From an uncultured virus (IMG/VR IMGVR_UViG_3300030085_002899) (lineage: Duplodnaviria; Heunggongvirae; Uroviricota; Caudoviricetes), in IMG/VR virus record IMGVR_UViG_3300030085_002899, positions 1 to 64,000 of that record: 64,000 bases of DNA; one strand, given 5' to 3'. The first letter of the stretch is position 1; each line of letters opens with the position of its first letter. Of the stretch, positions 1-14,300 are shown in pieces. The position numbers and the translations under genes are program-made. The notes beneath the pieces were generated by a model. That model was not told the DNA's origin. It did no database searches and saw only the letters and a list, made by a program, of their open reading frames with translations.

Positions 1-580
1 TACAAGACGAGATAAAGTTACTAAGGCTCATGTATCACCTTTATTTAAAGAAGCTCTTTTAAAAACTCGTGAAGCATCTCAAGTAGGTATGCCTTACGAA
101 CAACAACAAGCAGCTTTAAAAGATATTAATAATGCTTACGCAGGTGCTATTAAAAATGTTATGGCTATTTCAGGTGGGCAAAGAGGTGCAGCATTAGCTA
201 ATATAGGCGCTGTTGATGCTTCTAGAGTTAATTCATTAGTAGACTTAGCTTCTAAAAGTGCTGATATACGACAAAAAAACTTAGATTTGTATAGTAAAAC
301 TGCAGCAGCATATTCACAACAAAAATTATCTGCTGATATGAGTCATGAGTCTTTGAAGCAAAAAGTTGAAATGAATAGAAAAAATAATATTAAAGATATT
401 GGTTTAAATCTATTTAAAGAAGCAACTGAATATTCAAGAAATTACATGGACCTTTCAGCTTTTGATACAGATGAAGAAACNNNNNNNNNNACTAACTTAA
501 TACCAACTGATGATGTTGGTACTCAAGTAGTCTATGATGAACTAGGTAATAATTTAGGTTTTATTACACCAAACGAATAG
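1..580 (+). CDS. 5'-truncated putative virion cargo/ejection protein (helical, Ala/Gln-rich)
   Basis: The frame of ORF 89..580 is open back to position 2. It contains an N gap at 481-490 and lies upstream of the giant RNAP gene, where crAss-like cargo proteins sit. Confidence 0.55.
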   Translation, partial: TRRDKVTKAHVSPLFKEALLKTREASQVGMPYEQQQAALKDINNAYAGAIKNVMAISGGQRGAALANIGAVDASRVNSLVDLASKSADIRQKNLDLYSKTAAAYSQQKLSADMSHESLKQKVEMNRKNNIKDIGLNLFKEATEYSRNYMDLSAFDTDEEXXXXTNLIPTDDVGTQVVYDELGNNLGFITPNE

Positions 581-583
581 AAT

Positions 584-2374
584 ATGGATTTTGATAAAGT
601 AAATAGAGCATCTAATTTAGTTAGCAAATCACCTAACTTTAGAAGAAATATAAAATATAATATGCAGCAAGAAATTGCTGAGCAAAAATATAGAGATTAC
701 GAACTAGAAAAACAAAACGTTGCTCGTACTAACACTTTAAACTCTATTAAAGAAATAGAGCAGTTAGCAAGAACATATGCTTTTAGAGATAAAGATAAAG
801 CTAGAATGCAAGAAATCTATGGTGATGCTGCTACAGAATTCAAAGACATAATAGCTAATAAGTATGGTGGAGATATTACTAGATTTTGGTATGAAGGTGG
901 TCAGGCTGAGTTAGAAAGATTTAGAAGTACAATACTAGAAAATGAAGAGTCTTTAAGAATAAAACAAAATACTGAAGAATTCGCTAAATATTTTTCAGCT
1001 ATTAATAAAGAAGGGGGTTTGTCTAATGTATTTCGGACTACTGCAGAATTAGCGTCATTGTATGGTGCAGGAAAAGTAGATAACTTTAGAATGCCTGTAG
1101 CAGGAAAAATAGAGCATGAAGAACCAGATGCAACTGTTTATAATAATGCTAGACCAGGTACATCTAGGGTAGATGTAGTTTTAGGTCATATGGATAATGA
1201 ATTTACTTTTAGGTTAAATTATGCAAATGAAAAAGGTCTAAATATTGAAGATGCTGACAACATTCCATACGAAGACCTTAGAAAGTATGCTGCTCAATAT
1301 GTAGGTGGTTTAGAGGGTTACAATTCTGTAATTAGAAGTAAAAAGCCTAGTTACGCTAATACAATAGCAGAAGTGTTTAATAATAATTTTAATGCTATAG
1401 ATGGTGATAAAATTATAGATACTGAAAATAGAAGCTCTTCTTATAGAGAAGGCGCAAAACGATTAGCTCAATTAGCTCAACAAAGTAGTGGAGATATAGA
1501 TGCACCTGTATATGGTAAAATAGCCTTTGAAGATTATTTACCTGAAATAATAAATGTTTTTGTAGACAGAAGCTTTAAGCCAGGAGAAAACTTTAAAGAA
1601 GACTCTGTGTACCTAGAAGGTAAAAAAGTAGAACATACAACTGGTAATTGGTTTGGAGGTAGTGGTGAAAGACTACAAGAAGGTTCTGAGTTTGAAGGCA
1701 ATGATTGGTCTATAGTTGGTGTGAGCTTATCATATAAAACTGTAGGAGATGAACCTAGACTTTTATCTAAAGAAGAAGTTGAGTCTGGCTCATATAAAGG
1801 AAAAGTTGTTCCAACTTATGTAGTAAACTTAGTTGATGAAGGTTTCTTTGGTGGAGATGAATACATATCAAAAGAACTTAATTTTAACAATGTGCTCAAA
1901 TCAGATGCTATTGATAAGCTAATAGAATACAATGATTCAGAATATCAAATGGGGCTTGCTAAAGAAGAACAGTATGTAGAAGAAACACCTATTGATAATT
2001 TTGTAGATATAGATAGACAATCATCACCTTCACGTTTATATGAATTTGCTTTGTATAACAATAAAGCAATAGGTGAACAAATACAAAAGATAGGAGCAGA
2101 GAAAACTTCTTTAGCAACTAAATCTACTTTATTAGCATTCTCACAATTATATGAAATTGATATAAATTCACTATATCAATTGTTCAGTTTACACAACTCG
2201 CCTGACTTGCATAAAGCAATTGTATCTGATGACCCACAAGAGTTTATAAATAGTTTATCTTTGCTTAGCCAACAAAATGGCCAATCTAAAGATGATGCAG
2301 AAGCAATAGCTAAAGAGTTAGCAAGCTTAGCAGCAGCTATAAACAACAGTATTATAGAAATACAAAACAAATAA
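584..2374 (+). CDS. Putative virion cargo/ejection protein, 596 aa
   Basis: Long ORF tightly coupled to the giant RNAP gene, with a coiled-coil N-terminus. Function inferred from position only. Confidence 0.55.
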   Translation: MDFDKVNRASNLVSKSPNFRRNIKYNMQQEIAEQKYRDYELEKQNVARTNTLNSIKEIEQLARTYAFRDKDKARMQEIYGDAATEFKDIIANKYGGDITRFWYEGGQAELERFRSTILENEESLRIKQNTEEFAKYFSAINKEGGLSNVFRTTAELASLYGAGKVDNFRMPVAGKIEHEEPDATVYNNARPGTSRVDVVLGHMDNEFTFRLNYANEKGLNIEDADNIPYEDLRKYAAQYVGGLEGYNSVIRSKKPSYANTIAEVFNNNFNAIDGDKIIDTENRSSSYREGAKRLAQLAQQSSGDIDAPVYGKIAFEDYLPEIINVFVDRSFKPGENFKEDSVYLEGKKVEHTTGNWFGGSGERLQEGSEFEGNDWSIVGVSLSYKTVGDEPRLLSKEEVESGSYKGKVVPTYVVNLVDEGFFGGDEYISKELNFNNVLKSDAIDKLIEYNDSEYQMGLAKEEQYVEETPIDNFVDIDRQSSPSRLYEFALYNNKAIGEQIQKIGAEKTSLATKSTLLAFSQLYEIDINSLYQLFSLHNSPDLHKAIVSDDPQEFINSLSLLSQQNGQSKDDAEAIAKELASLAAAINNSIIEIQNK

Positions 2375-2375
2375 C

Positions 2376-5300
2376 ATGAGTAACGGAGTAGGTTCACCTA
2401 AAGACGATATTAAAAAATACGATGTAGATTTTTTAAAGCCTAAAACCCCACCTGTTCAAATAGATACTACTGGCGCAGAGAAATCTGACGCTTTTGGTTT
2501 ATTTGGCACTGGGTATACAGAAGCTGAAAAACAAGCCGAACAAAATTATATTGAGCAATTAAATAATAAAGCTCCTATAGATTATGATATGAGCTTAGTT
2601 GAAAAAGGTGCTCGTTCTTTTGTTGCAGGTATAGGTGACTTAATAAATGGTATGGGTGATGCTGTAGACTTTATTAGTGGCACACCTAATCAAGACTATA
2701 TTTCAGGAGCTTCTGAGCTATCAAAAGATATATATGGTGTTGATACTACTAAAACTATTTCTAGCTACTTCTCCGAAGCATTTCACACTGCAGGTAAAGA
2801 ATTACAATCTGTAGGTGACCCAGTAGCTGAATTAGGTGATGTAGAAAACATTACTTGGAATGATATGTTTGATGTAGACTTTTGGTTTACACATGCAGCA
2901 AGAGCTATACCTTTTACTTTATCATTTTTCGTTCCAGGTATGGCAGGGGCTAAAGCTGGTCAATTAGCATACAAAGGACTGTCCTTACTCAATAAAGGTA
3001 AAAGCGTAGGAAGAGCTATGCAATCAATAGGTCTTGTTAAACACATGCATCAAGGTTCAAAATTTGCACAAGGTGCGGCTAGTTTTGCAGGAGGTGCAGC
3101 ACTTGGTAATATGAGTGAAGGCGCTATTATTGCAGGTCAAGTATATAATGACGCTCTTAAAGAAGGAATGACTGAAAAGCAAGCGTCAGTAGCTGCTCAT
3201 GATACTTTTATAGATAACATGAAGTGGATGGCTGTAGATGGCCTACAATTAGGTTTTGTTACTGGGGGTAATAGATTTCTTAAATCTGTTTTACCTAAAG
3301 GAGCGCAAAATTCATTATCACTTAACTTTACTAAAGCACCAGGAATAAAGTCAGTTATTAACAATATGGCTAAAGTTACTGGTATTGTTCTTACAGATGG
3401 TATGTTAGAGCAGTTTCAAGAAACATTCCAAGATTGGTCTAGCAAAAAGAACTTAGCAGAACAGCGTGGTGAAGAGTTTATGTCATACATGGACTTCTTT
3501 TCAAGTAAAGAAAATTTACCTACTAGAGTTATTGCTTTTGCATCTTCTATGGCTGTATCAGGAGCTAAAACTGCTATAGATGTTTCTGCTGAAAGAAAAA
3601 GACTATTCAGTCTTGAAAAAGGTTTCGATGAAGAATTTTTATTTCAAGATGTTGAGCAGTTTGATTTAACAGAAAAAGAATTAGGTAAAACTCCTACAGG
3701 TCAAGTTAGAGCTACATCTGGAAAATCTGTGCAAGAGCTTAAATCTCTTAAAATCAGACAATTAGATAAGCTTTTGGTTAAGAAAGTTCTTGAGGGTAAA
3801 GGTGATTACTATGTAGATTTAGTTAATCACTTACTTGAAGAAAATAAAATTACACAATCTCAACATGATTCATTTGTAAATACTGCAAAAGAAATGGAAT
3901 CATTAGTTGAGTCTACACCAACTATCGGTCTGAATGAACAAGAAAAAGCTAGAATTATTTTAGCTACACGTCAGAAAAATAAAAATAATGCAATTATTGA
4001 AAGTCAACTTGAAGCTTTAAATCAAGAAAAAGAAAAGATTAAAAGTCAAGACCTAGAAGCTGATGTTGAAGCTCAAATGATTGCAGGTGTAGAAGAAGCT
4101 ATTGCAGAAGTTAAGTCAGGAGATATTACTTTATTAGATGAAGATAACAATCCCTTACTTGACGACAATGGTAATGAAAAAACTGCTCGAAGAGAAAATA
4201 CTGTACACGAACAAACAATTAAACAAGTTTATGCTGAAGCAACTGCTAGACGTGAAAGTGAACGAGCAGATAAAGATGTTCGACCTAGAGTAGCACAAAT
4301 TATAGAAAAACAAAATGCAGGTCAAGAACTAACTGACGAAGAGCAATCATTTATAGATAATAAAGCAAATAAGCCTTATTACGAAGAAATGGTAAAATCT
4401 GATAAGCTACAAAAAGCTCAAGATGTTGCAGGTCAAGACTTTACTATAGATGATGAAACAGATATAGAAAACGAAAAGTACGTATTCAAAAAAATTGAAG
4501 GTGATAAAGTTACAACTAGAGTTGTTGACGCTCAAGGTAATTTTACTGAAACTATTGTAACTGACGAAACAATAAGTGAAGATAGTACAAAAGAAGCTGA
4601 AGAAGAAAGTAAAAATTCTGTAGATAACAGAGAGCAAGAAAACGAAGTAGATAAAGATGTAACAGGTAAAGAAGATAGCGTTAAGGACACTTCATCTGTA
4701 ACTGGTGCAGAAGATACAAAACAACCAAAAGTAAACTCAGAAGAAAAAATTAGTGCAGCTAAAGAGCGATTAGGTAACAAGCTTTATGGAGGACAAATGG
4801 AAGTTTGGGCTGATGAACAAATGGAAGCTAATCCTACTACTGCTATATTTTTTGATGAAAGTCTTATAGATGATTTTGGTAAGCCTGCTATTGGTATGGC
4901 TCTCGGATTAACTAAATTTATTAATCCACTAACCATGACTCAAGAAGTATTTCATCATGAGAATTGGCATATATATCAAAATATGTACCAAGATACTGCT
5001 GAAATGCAAGCTTTACTTGAAGGTATTGTTAGTCAACCAATATTCGAACAAACAAAGTTAAAGTACTATACAGAAATAGATATTGAATATAAAGGTCGTA
5101 AACTAAAATTTCATGATTTAATAGGCTCTAAAAAAAGTGGAGTAATTACTATTAAAGAATGGATGTTAGAAAATGGTATAGTTGGAGACTCGCCAACCGA
5201 TGCAAATACAAGAGCATATTTGTTTGATATGGAAACTATTATGGGCTCGCAAGGTTATAATATGCTTTCTGATAACAAACAAACTGATTTAAAAAATGAA

Positions 5301-8300
5301 GCTCTTGCAGTAGCTGGTGGTTTACAAAGTACTATAACATCTCCTTATTGGACTACAGAAGCTAAAAAGCCTAATAGTAAAATAAGAACCTTGTTAACAA
5401 ATGCATGGTCAAGAATAAAAAAAGGAACTAATGAAGAGGTAGCAAACAAATTACTTTCAAGTCATTTCCCAGCTTATTACAACTCTGACTATGCTACTAT
5501 GTTGGAGTCATTCCAAAGAGCTTCTAGGCAGAACGAAAACCCTATATCTTGGAGTACATATACCAAAAGTAAGGGAATGTTCCTTAAAGATAATTCTGCT
5601 GTAGAAAAACATCGAGTTATTTCAGCTGACCTTTCTATTGATTTAGCTATAGTACAAAGTAGTATTATAGAACAAGAAGCTCAAAAAATTGCAGATGAAT
5701 TAAATGAAGGTTTATCTATAGAAGAAATAGGTAAGCGTTCAGCTGCTATATTTGAATCTAAAAAACAAGACTTAATTTTTGAAATTAAAAAACTAGCTAA
5801 ACTTAATAATACAAAAAATAGTGAAGCTATAGAAAGAAGATTTCAAAAAAGAGCTAAAATTATAGATGCTAACATTAAGAAAGAAATTATAAAAAATGTT
5901 ACATCTAAAGTTGTTCGTGAAACTAGTCAATTAGATTTATTTCAAGAAACAATATCTGAAGAAGATTTAACTTTAAGTTTTGGTAATTTATTAAATGATG
6001 CGTTTAAAAGAGGAACAAATACAAAAGTTACTGAGTTTTTACGAGACTTTACTGCATTATATAATAAAAATAAATCTAAAGAAGATGCTGTAATAACTAA
6101 ATCTAAAGTAGAAACTGTTATTGCTCAATATCTTGATGGTAATAGAAACAACTATGATAACTTTGAAATGGCAGTTAAACTTGCTATTGCAAATGTTTCA
6201 GACTCTACTCAATCTACAAGCTCAGAAAAAATTATAAAAGAGTTTGTAAGTTTTGTAAATAGTAAACTTAAATCACCTGGTGAAAATCTAGACACTTCTA
6301 TAAATAACATTTGGCAATACTTTAGGTCATTTAGACACGAACAAGTATTCCAATTTGATGTGACTGAAAATGGTGAAGTAATGATTTCAGAGTCATTACC
6401 TAGACATACTAATATTCAAATAAGTGGTGCTATACAAAAGTATAGAGAAACACTTATAAATGAAAATGGTAAAATTATTAGTCTAGCATACGCACTAGAA
6501 AGAATGAAAGACCCTGCAAACAGAAAGCTAGGTTTACTTTCATTAATAAACACAATAATACCTTCAAGCACACTATTAAAAGATAGCAATTTACAATTTA
6601 AGCTCGAAGATATAGACTCAATGAAAATAGCAGGTATGCCTGCACTTGAGTATTTTACTGAAGAGCGTATTAACGTATTACTATCTAATTTAATAACTAT
6701 AGATTGGGGTCAACATATAGAAAACCAAAATAAATACTACGAAGATAATGATGTAGTGTTTGAATCAGAAGCTGCTCTTATACGAAAAGATATAAATGCA
6801 ATACTTAAAAGAACTCGTGTAGGTCAACAATATCAAGAAAAAGCAATTATTGCAAAAAATAAACTTGAATCTGGTCAAATTTTAACTCCTGAAGAACAAA
6901 CAGCTTACGAAAGATATTTATCAGCAGTAAAAGTTTTAAGAAGTAATTACGAGTCTTATAAAGCTAATCCTAGAGAAAAATCATTTTATAAAACAAATAT
7001 ATTTGTTAGCAAACCTATAGAAAATGGATACCCTAAAAGAATGGGTGGTACAATAACATCTATACTAAACGAAACAGGTGAAAACTTTATAAAAGAATTA
7101 TTACGTTCTGTAATACTAAGTAAGAATACAAGAACTCTTATGGGTCAGGTACGTAACCCTGAAAATGAAGCTATAGGTACTTTTAATAAAACTTCTTATT
7201 TATATAACAATACTGAAAACTTAGAGTCTTTATTTAAGAAAATGAAGTTAGATACAGAAGGTAATTACCCTTCTCGTTTACAGTATTTGTTTGGAGTTAA
7301 TCCTTACGCTTATATGATGTTTGAATCAGTGTATAATCAAACACTATTAAACAATAATAATATAAGTGATAGAGCAGGTTCATGGAGTCCTGAAATAGGA
7401 TACATGTCTGGATATTACGATGGTCGTAATAAGAAAGGGTTTAAAAACTCTAGAATGAACCCTAAGACTATAAAGCATATTAGATTTATGCATATAGTTG
7501 ATTCTATTAAAAATAAATCTAAGCAATACAAACACTTTGTAGGTGTATTCGGTGATTCACAGCGTCAATATTTTATCAATAACGCTATGATATTTGATGC
7601 AGAATCATTAGAAGAAAATGTAAATACTGTACGTATAAAGTCAAGAGATAAAGTTAATATGCAAGAACAAATTCAAATTTTATTTGATGAATTGTTTGCA
7701 GCAAAACTTGTTAAAAAAAGTGACTTTAAATTTGTAGAGCAAGCTTATAAACAAAACTACGTTAATAAGTTTTTTATACAAGATTTATATTTTAATAAAT
7801 CTGCTGCGATGAAGGACGCTAAAATGTTAGCTGACTTACCTAAGCGTATGAAGGGTATATCTTCACCTCTTGCTCCTATGTCAGACGTAAGAATATTACC
7901 TATAATCGTAAAAGATGATGAGTTAAAAACAGAGTTACAAAAACTACAAATTGCAGACTCAGAGTCTTTTATATTACCTGAACATCAAAAACTTTTATCT
8001 TTACAATATGGAGAGCTAAACGAAGTTGGTAATAATCTTAAGTCCTTATACTATGGACAAAACTTAGATAATACAGCTTTTGAAGCGCATATAGGAAGAC
8101 CAAGAGTGCCATTATACTTTAAAACAGCTACTAAAATTCTTGAAGAACAATTTGCTGAAAAAAGTAAAATCTTTAGAGCATTACGTGAAGTTCTTAATGA
8201 AACCACAAGAAGACATAAAGGTGAAGCTGTTATTCCTGTTTTATATTTTGACTCATCTATTAAAGGTGGTATGTCAAGTACTGAACTTGCAAGTATAACG

Positions 8301-11300
8301 CACAGTGTTGAAGATATTATAGATGCTTCAAATGATATATACTTTTTAAATAAACAAAAAGGCGATAATACTGATTCTTCTTACGAACAATTGGTAGAAG
8401 AAGGAAAAGTAAAAAGTTTAAAGAAGTTTATAGATAATCAAAATAAATGGTATCAATTTGAATCTGAGCCAGGAGTAATACAAACTGGTTTTGATGGCGC
8501 TAACTTTGGTATACAAACTGTTTTAGATAATACTAATAAGACTGGTATTTTAGCTAAACAAATGATTGCAAACTTAAATGTATTTAATACAATTGAAAAC
8601 GTATCATCTGGCGCAAATAAAGGTAAAAGTGGTTATGAAATGCTTGAGCCTATTAAAAAGCTATTAGCTGAAATATTAGAACTACAGTATGCTAATTTCT
8701 TTGAAGGTGCAAATTTTGAAACTAAGTTTAATGATAACCAAGATAGGCTTAAATCATTTGTAGACTCAGAGTTAGTAAAAGAATTAGGAGCATCATTTGC
8801 TGGTAATGAACAAGCATTTAATGATGTTGTAGCATCATTGTTTAAGTCGCAAGTTATGCGATTAGAAACAAACGGTACTTTTTCTGTTGAGATGTCTGAT
8901 ATAGGATACAATCTTCAAGTAAATGAAGAAGGAGTTTCTTATTCAGAAGAATTAAAATCATATAAATTAGAAAATGGTAAGGTTACTTATGGTGAAGTAG
9001 TTATGCCGTTTATCGCTAGACAAAGAGGTTACAAGGTAGGAGACAAAGTTTTAGTTTCTCGTATACCACACTCAAAGCCTGGTGATGGTATAGTAATGAC
9101 TATTAAAGAGTTTAATTCTTCTAAAGCTGGTAACACTATTATAATACCAACTGAGCATGCTAGTCTAATAGGTTCAGATAAAGATGGTGATGGTCTGCAT
9201 GTAAACATGAAAGCGCTAGGCGATAACTTATCGGTTATTGATGAAAAGAAAAATCAATTTTTAGATGCTATGTTTGATATGTATACTTCTCCAGAAGTAT
9301 ATAGCATTATTATGCAGCCTGTAGACTTTACTAAAACTATACGTGATGCAGGTTTAAATCACATTGAAACAATAGACACTGTTGACTCAAACGAGTTTAA
9401 AAGAGTTAAAAGTGATTTACATATTAATGATGAGTTTGCTATACAAGATAGATTCTTAGGCAACTTTATAGGTATTGCTGCTTCTATGAATAGAACAGTA
9501 AACTACTTTGCTTCAAGTGGGTTACAAAATGATTTAGCTACAGAAGTTAGAGTCAGAGTAAAAGGTAAGTCTGCTCCATTAAATATAACTCTTAAAGATA
9601 AATCTGGTAGAATTAATAGCATTAATAGGCTAACTAATAAAACAGGTAAAAACACGCATTGGTTAACTTATGCTCAATACTTAAACTTTATTATAGATGA
9701 TGGTAAAGCTGGAGATAGAGCTAAGTTTAATATTACTAAAGAAAGTGCTAGTCATTTTTCTTACTTACTTAGAACAGGTATGCCTATACAAGGCGTACTT
9801 GATTTAATGTATCATCCTAACTATGTTTCCTATATACAAAATAGAGCAGATGGATTAAGTAAACGTGAATCTATAGCTAAAACTTTTAACACAAAAGTAA
9901 GTCAATTACCAGTTGTTGTTATGGATATGCCTGGACAAATCGATTTATCGAAAAGCATAAATACTAAAATGTTTATGCAGCTTATAGGAGCTTTAGATTT
10001 AATTACATCTGATTTACAAGTAATTTCAGACATAACTAATTTAGATACAAAAATGCCTAAAAACATGATTGAGCTAGTTAGTCTTGAAAATCGTTTCAAT
10101 GATGTAATGAACAGACAAACTAGTATTTCTAGAAGGTTTGATTCTGACCCATATTTAAAGTCTCATAAGACATTATTATCTAGATATAAAGAAAAACTTA
10201 ATGAAACTTCTACTGTATCAGCACAAGAAGCAGAAGTACTTATAGAGTCTATCAAATCAACTATTGACTTAAACAACGAAACTGCTTCTGAGCTGATTAA
10301 CAACGCTATTAGTTTTTATAAAATATCTACAGAATTAAAACCTAATTTTGAAGGGAAAAGTTTTCACAACCTGTATTTAGATTTATTAAATAGCAGATAT
10401 AATGAATACTCTACTCAACTAGATAAAATGAATTCAGACCATTCAAATAATAATTTAGGTTTGGATTTATCTGAGTATTCTATTCTTAGAGTTCATGAGT
10501 TAGCTTCTAAAAAGATTGTTAACCTTAAAGAAGAAGGTTCAAATAAATTTATAAACGCATTACAATCTAACTTTACTAAGCTAACTAGGAAGCAGGGCAG
10601 AAGGTCTGTAAGTCATCAGATTAACAGATACTTTATACCATATGAAACTACTGACAATATTTTAACTAAAGAAGATTTAAAAACTTACAAGGATGCTTTT
10701 ATGGAGCTACCTAAAGAATTAAGAAACTTCTTTATAGGTTATGAATATTTTGTCAATAAATTAGGTATAGGCACTAATAATACTTTGATGCCGTTTTTAC
10801 CTAAACAAGTTTTATCTGAAATAAAAAGAGCTAATAAAAAAGTTAAAGATAACACACAAGTAGAAGTAACTCCTGGTGTGTTTGAGCGAAAAAACACTGT
10901 TATACAAGAATTGTTGGCTTTAAAGAATAATTCTGGTCAAGTGCTTAATAAAAAAGGTGAACGTATAAATCTTAATCTTATTTCAGAAAAAGCTTCTATA
11001 AGACATAACCAAGCTATATTTGCTTTAACTACAAACTTAGTAGAGCTAATGATAGGATACAATCCTGTACAATTTTCTAGTGTACTTAGTGATGCACCTT
11101 TGTATATGTACAATCAATTTAAGCTGCATTTAAGCGAAGATATTATTACATCTAAGTTCAATAGAGCAGACTCTAAGTCACTTAAAGGTGCTAAAGGTAA
11201 AATGAGATTTACTAATGAATTTTATCAAACATTAAATTCAAAAATAGCATACAATAAAAAAGGAGAACCTATTGTAAGTTCAGAATATAATATTCTTGCA

Positions 11301-14300
11301 GATAGAGATTGGACAGAGTTAAACACTCTTAATATGTATGCTGAATCATTAGATACTGATGTAACAGTTGTTAAGTCTAAAGCTAATGGAAGTATGTTCT
11401 TAAGAGATAATACTCCATCAGAACTCATGTTTGGTCAAGAAGAAAATTTAAGTGAAACTGCATTTGCTTTAAGATTTGGCTACATTAAAGGTGGCACTAC
11501 TTTGGAGACTTTAGAAATGACAAAAGCTTCACAGTACGAAAAATTTAAAGGAGATTATGCGCATTATCGTGCAGGATATGCAGAGGTCGAAGGTAAAAAT
11601 GGTATAAAACAAAAGTTTCTAAATGATACAAGGTTACAAATGCCTGATGCACCTTTTGAACAAATACCAAATGATTATTACATTAACGCTAGAAAAGCTA
11701 TAAATGAATATCAATCAAGTTTAATAAATACACATCCATTAGCTAAAGCAAAATTAATGGAATCGTTATATTATAAGTATGGCGAAATAATTGCTCAAAC
11801 ACAAAATCAAAGATGGAGAAATACTGTAGCTCCAGATGGTGAAAGAGTTGGTGAATATTTATTAAATCAAGTAAATCAAGAAAAATACGATAAAGATATT
11901 TCTTGGGCTGCTATGGTATTAAGTCCTGGTGATTTTGGTCAACATAATCCTACGCTATCAGGTGTTAGAAGGAATTTAGAAGTGTCTAATGCTAAAATGC
12001 ATAGAGACCTTAAAATTATACAAGACGAATTAAATAATGCTTATAACGCTTTGTTTAAAGAAAAGTATGGTATATTAAAAACACCAGCAAAACTTATAAG
12101 TAATTTACCTTTAATAAGAGCTGCGCATCCATTACAAAAAATTTCTGAAAACTTATTTGAAAATTTGCAAACGCAAAAAACTTCACTATATAAGAAAAAA
12201 GGAAAATGGAAAGCTAAATATACAACTGAGCTAAATAGGACTATATTTAATAAAGATAATAGTTTGAAAGCTGATGCTAAAAAATTCTTAAGTAAAGCAG
12301 AATACAATTACGCAAGAGTTATTAGTACGTATACTCAGTTCTACAATGATTTACTTAAAGTAGAAAAAGGAGCAGACTTCCAAGATAGAAGTTTTTATAG
12401 ACCTCTTGTTACTGCAAGTAGATTTGAAGTTTTAAGACACAGAGGTATATATGGTTTATATAAGAAATCTTTATCTAAAGATAATTTATATCATAACATT
12501 ATGATTGAAGCGTATGACCCTTTTAGCACTAAACCTGGTGGTATGGAAATTAGGTCATATGCTGAGTTTAAAGCATTGTATAGTATTTCTAAAGAAGAAG
12601 CTAAAGCATATTCAGACTCTCAAACAGTATACACTGGAGAACTTGATTCTTTTGGTAAACCAATTAGGTCTACTATAAAAGTTGACTTAGAATTTTTCAC
12701 ACAAAAAAATAGAATACAGGCATTAAAAAAAGCTAAAAGTACTGCTCAGCAACATATGCTTAAAATGCGTGATGCTTTAGGAAATCCAGTAGTTCCACAT
12801 GATGAGGTGTCTTCTACTGTATCTGCAGAAAATGAAACATTCAATAGATATACATCTAGGCGTTCTGAGACTGCAGCATATTTTGCTTCTAATAATTTAC
12901 ATCATGCAATGTTTGAATACCTTAAAACTATGGTATTTCAGTATGGTACAGCATATAGAGGTGACAAGCAAAAAGTGTATAGAATAAACTTTGAGTTAGC
13001 TTCAGATGACTTGTATGGTAAAAAAGCTAAAATTTCAAGCTACGACAAACAAGGAATGAGTGTTAGTATGTTTGAAAATTTAGAAAAACAAGGAAAGCGT
13101 CAAAACTTTGAAGGATTTGAAAGACAAAAATTTATGGTAAATGCTGCTAAAAGTTATTTACAACATAATGGAGGTCAAACAAAATCTATAAAGTATCTTA
13201 ATGATGTTGTTTTAGATAGATTTATATTAAGAAAACCAAAAAAATTAATAACCGATAGTGAATATGAAAGAAAAATATTAGACACTCTTACTAGATGGAC
13301 AATGGTTGTTGGTTTAGGTTTTAATATTCCAGCATCTGTAGCCAATGTAGTAATAGGTAAATATAATGCATATAGGTCTCAAGGCTTCCAAGGTTTTGTC
13401 AAAGCACATGCAAGAGTATTTGGTGTAGATAAACTTGGTAAGTTTGATAGAAGAGCTGCAACTAAAGCGCAAAAAATGCTTGAAGAGTTTGGTATACTAA
13501 CTTATAGACCACAAGACCAACTTGAAGGTGCTGGCTTCAATACTATAATGGATAATATACTTTTCTATCCAATGGTAACTGCAGAAAAATTTATTCAACG
13601 TGCTCAGTTTATGGGTGAGCTTTCTGATGAACAATGGAATGCGTATGACTTGGATAAAGACGGTAACTTAATAGTAGTAGACAGACAAAATGTTTTAAGT
13701 ACTGAACAAGTTGCTAGATATGCTAGAAGAGTTCAAAACGTTCAAGGTAGAGGTTATTCAGAAGTTGACCAACGACTTATTCAAACTTATGCACTTGGAA
13801 GTACAATTTTACAATTCAAAAGATGGTTGCCTACTTATATTGTAGATAGATTTGGTAAAGGTGGATATGAATCTTATATAGATGACTTTGGTAATGTATA
13901 TAGAGGTACTACGCCTGCAGTTTTAAAAAATTTAAAATTATATGCTAATCCTTTAAAGTATTCGCAAAATAAAGCAAAGCTAGATAAAGGTACAAGAGAA
14001 GCTATTGAAAGATACCATAGAGGAATATTTGTTCCTTTGTTTTTAGGACTATTTTTACTTGCAGGTTCTGAAGATGATAAAGACATAAATGATGAACTGA
14101 AAAAATATGGTTTAGATTTAGAAAAAACTGTTGGTGATATGCTTTTAGTAGGTAACGTTCCTCAATTTAAACATACTTTAACAGTACCTGCATTTGCTAC
14201 TGCACAAAATTTATTAGGATTAATATACTCATTTTCTATGTATGTTGCTGGCTCGCCAAGTGCTGTATATAGTAGAGATGCTAAATATGGTAAAGCAGGC

